Assembly (NCBI GenBank): GCA_951406725.2
Contig: OX597829.1
Coordinates: 52,700,001 to 52,764,000, forward strand
Reading direction: 5' to 3'
Length of the DNA: 64,000 nucleotides
From: Octopus vulgaris
Lineage: Eukaryota
Positions 63,595-64,000 of this stretch are shown here, piece after piece. The position numbers and the translations under genes were made by a program. The notes under the pieces were generated by a model. That model saw only the letters and a list, made by a program, of their open reading frames with translations. It made no database searches and was not told the DNA's origin. The first letter of the stretch is position 1. Each line of letters starts with the position of its first letter.

Positions 63595-63985
63595 TGTGTC
63601 GTCCAATAAGTATCGTTGTAGCACTCCGTCAGTTATGACGATGAGGGTTCCAGTTGATCCGATCAATGGAACAGCCTGCTCGTGAAATTAACATGCAAGT
63701 GGCCGAACACTCCACAGACACATGTACCCTTAACATAGTCCTCAGGGATATTCAGCATAAGTGTGACAAGGCTGGCCCTTTGAAATTCAGATACAACAGG
63801 AAGAAAGAGTGAGAGAAAATTGTGGTGAAAGAGTACAGCAGGGTTCGCCACTACCCCCTGCTGGTGCCTTGTGGAGCTTTAGGTGTTTTTGCTCAATAAA
63901 GTCACAATGCCCGGTCTGGGAATTGAAACTGCGATCCTATGACTGTGAGTCTGCTGCCCTAACCACCGGGCCATTGTGCCTCCAC
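63595..63985 (-). mobile_element. tRNA-derived SINE with Deu/Nin-like central domain
   Basis: Reverse-strand head tggcccggtggttagggcagcagactc...gtttcaattccc; body tctgtggagtgttcggccacttgcatgttaatttcacgagcaggc. Confidence 0.7.
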
Positions 63986-64000
63986 CAATAAGCATAGTGG

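Noticed and set aside
63905-63985. tRNA gene (also 320-390 and other SINE heads)
   Set aside because: tRNA-like heads are degenerate and fused to SINE bodies

Overview
AT-rich, repeat-dense animal genomic DNA. It is inferred to be octopus/coleoid cephalopod from the tRNA-derived CORE-, Meta- and Deu/Nin-like SINEs, the RTE LINE tails ending in (GAT)n and the abundant microsatellites. The main gene is a + strand, multi-exon CEP170/CEP170B-like centrosomal protein gene. Six phase-compatible coding exons lie at 25883-26349, 33413-33530, 35687-36381, 41628-41703, 44333-45915 and 59085-59273 (about 1040 codons); the FHA domain and the C-terminus are not seen in the window. A candidate internal first exon (ATG 7984, phase-1 donor 8011) could give an FHA-less isoform. 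The introns hold a young, 5'-truncated RTE LINE with a PHD-like finger inserted after the RT core, an inverted RTE copy across an exon, and a Naiad-type Penelope remnant with nested Helitron and RTE-tail insertions. They also hold a degenerate minimal hammerhead ribozyme, Helitron/Helentron, hAT, piggyBac and pogo MITEs, and several long foldback palindromes. The foldbacks include a ~880-bp hairpin just upstream of an exon and a hairpin with telomeric repeats in its loop. Repeat boundaries are approximate; all calls were made by eye without database searches.
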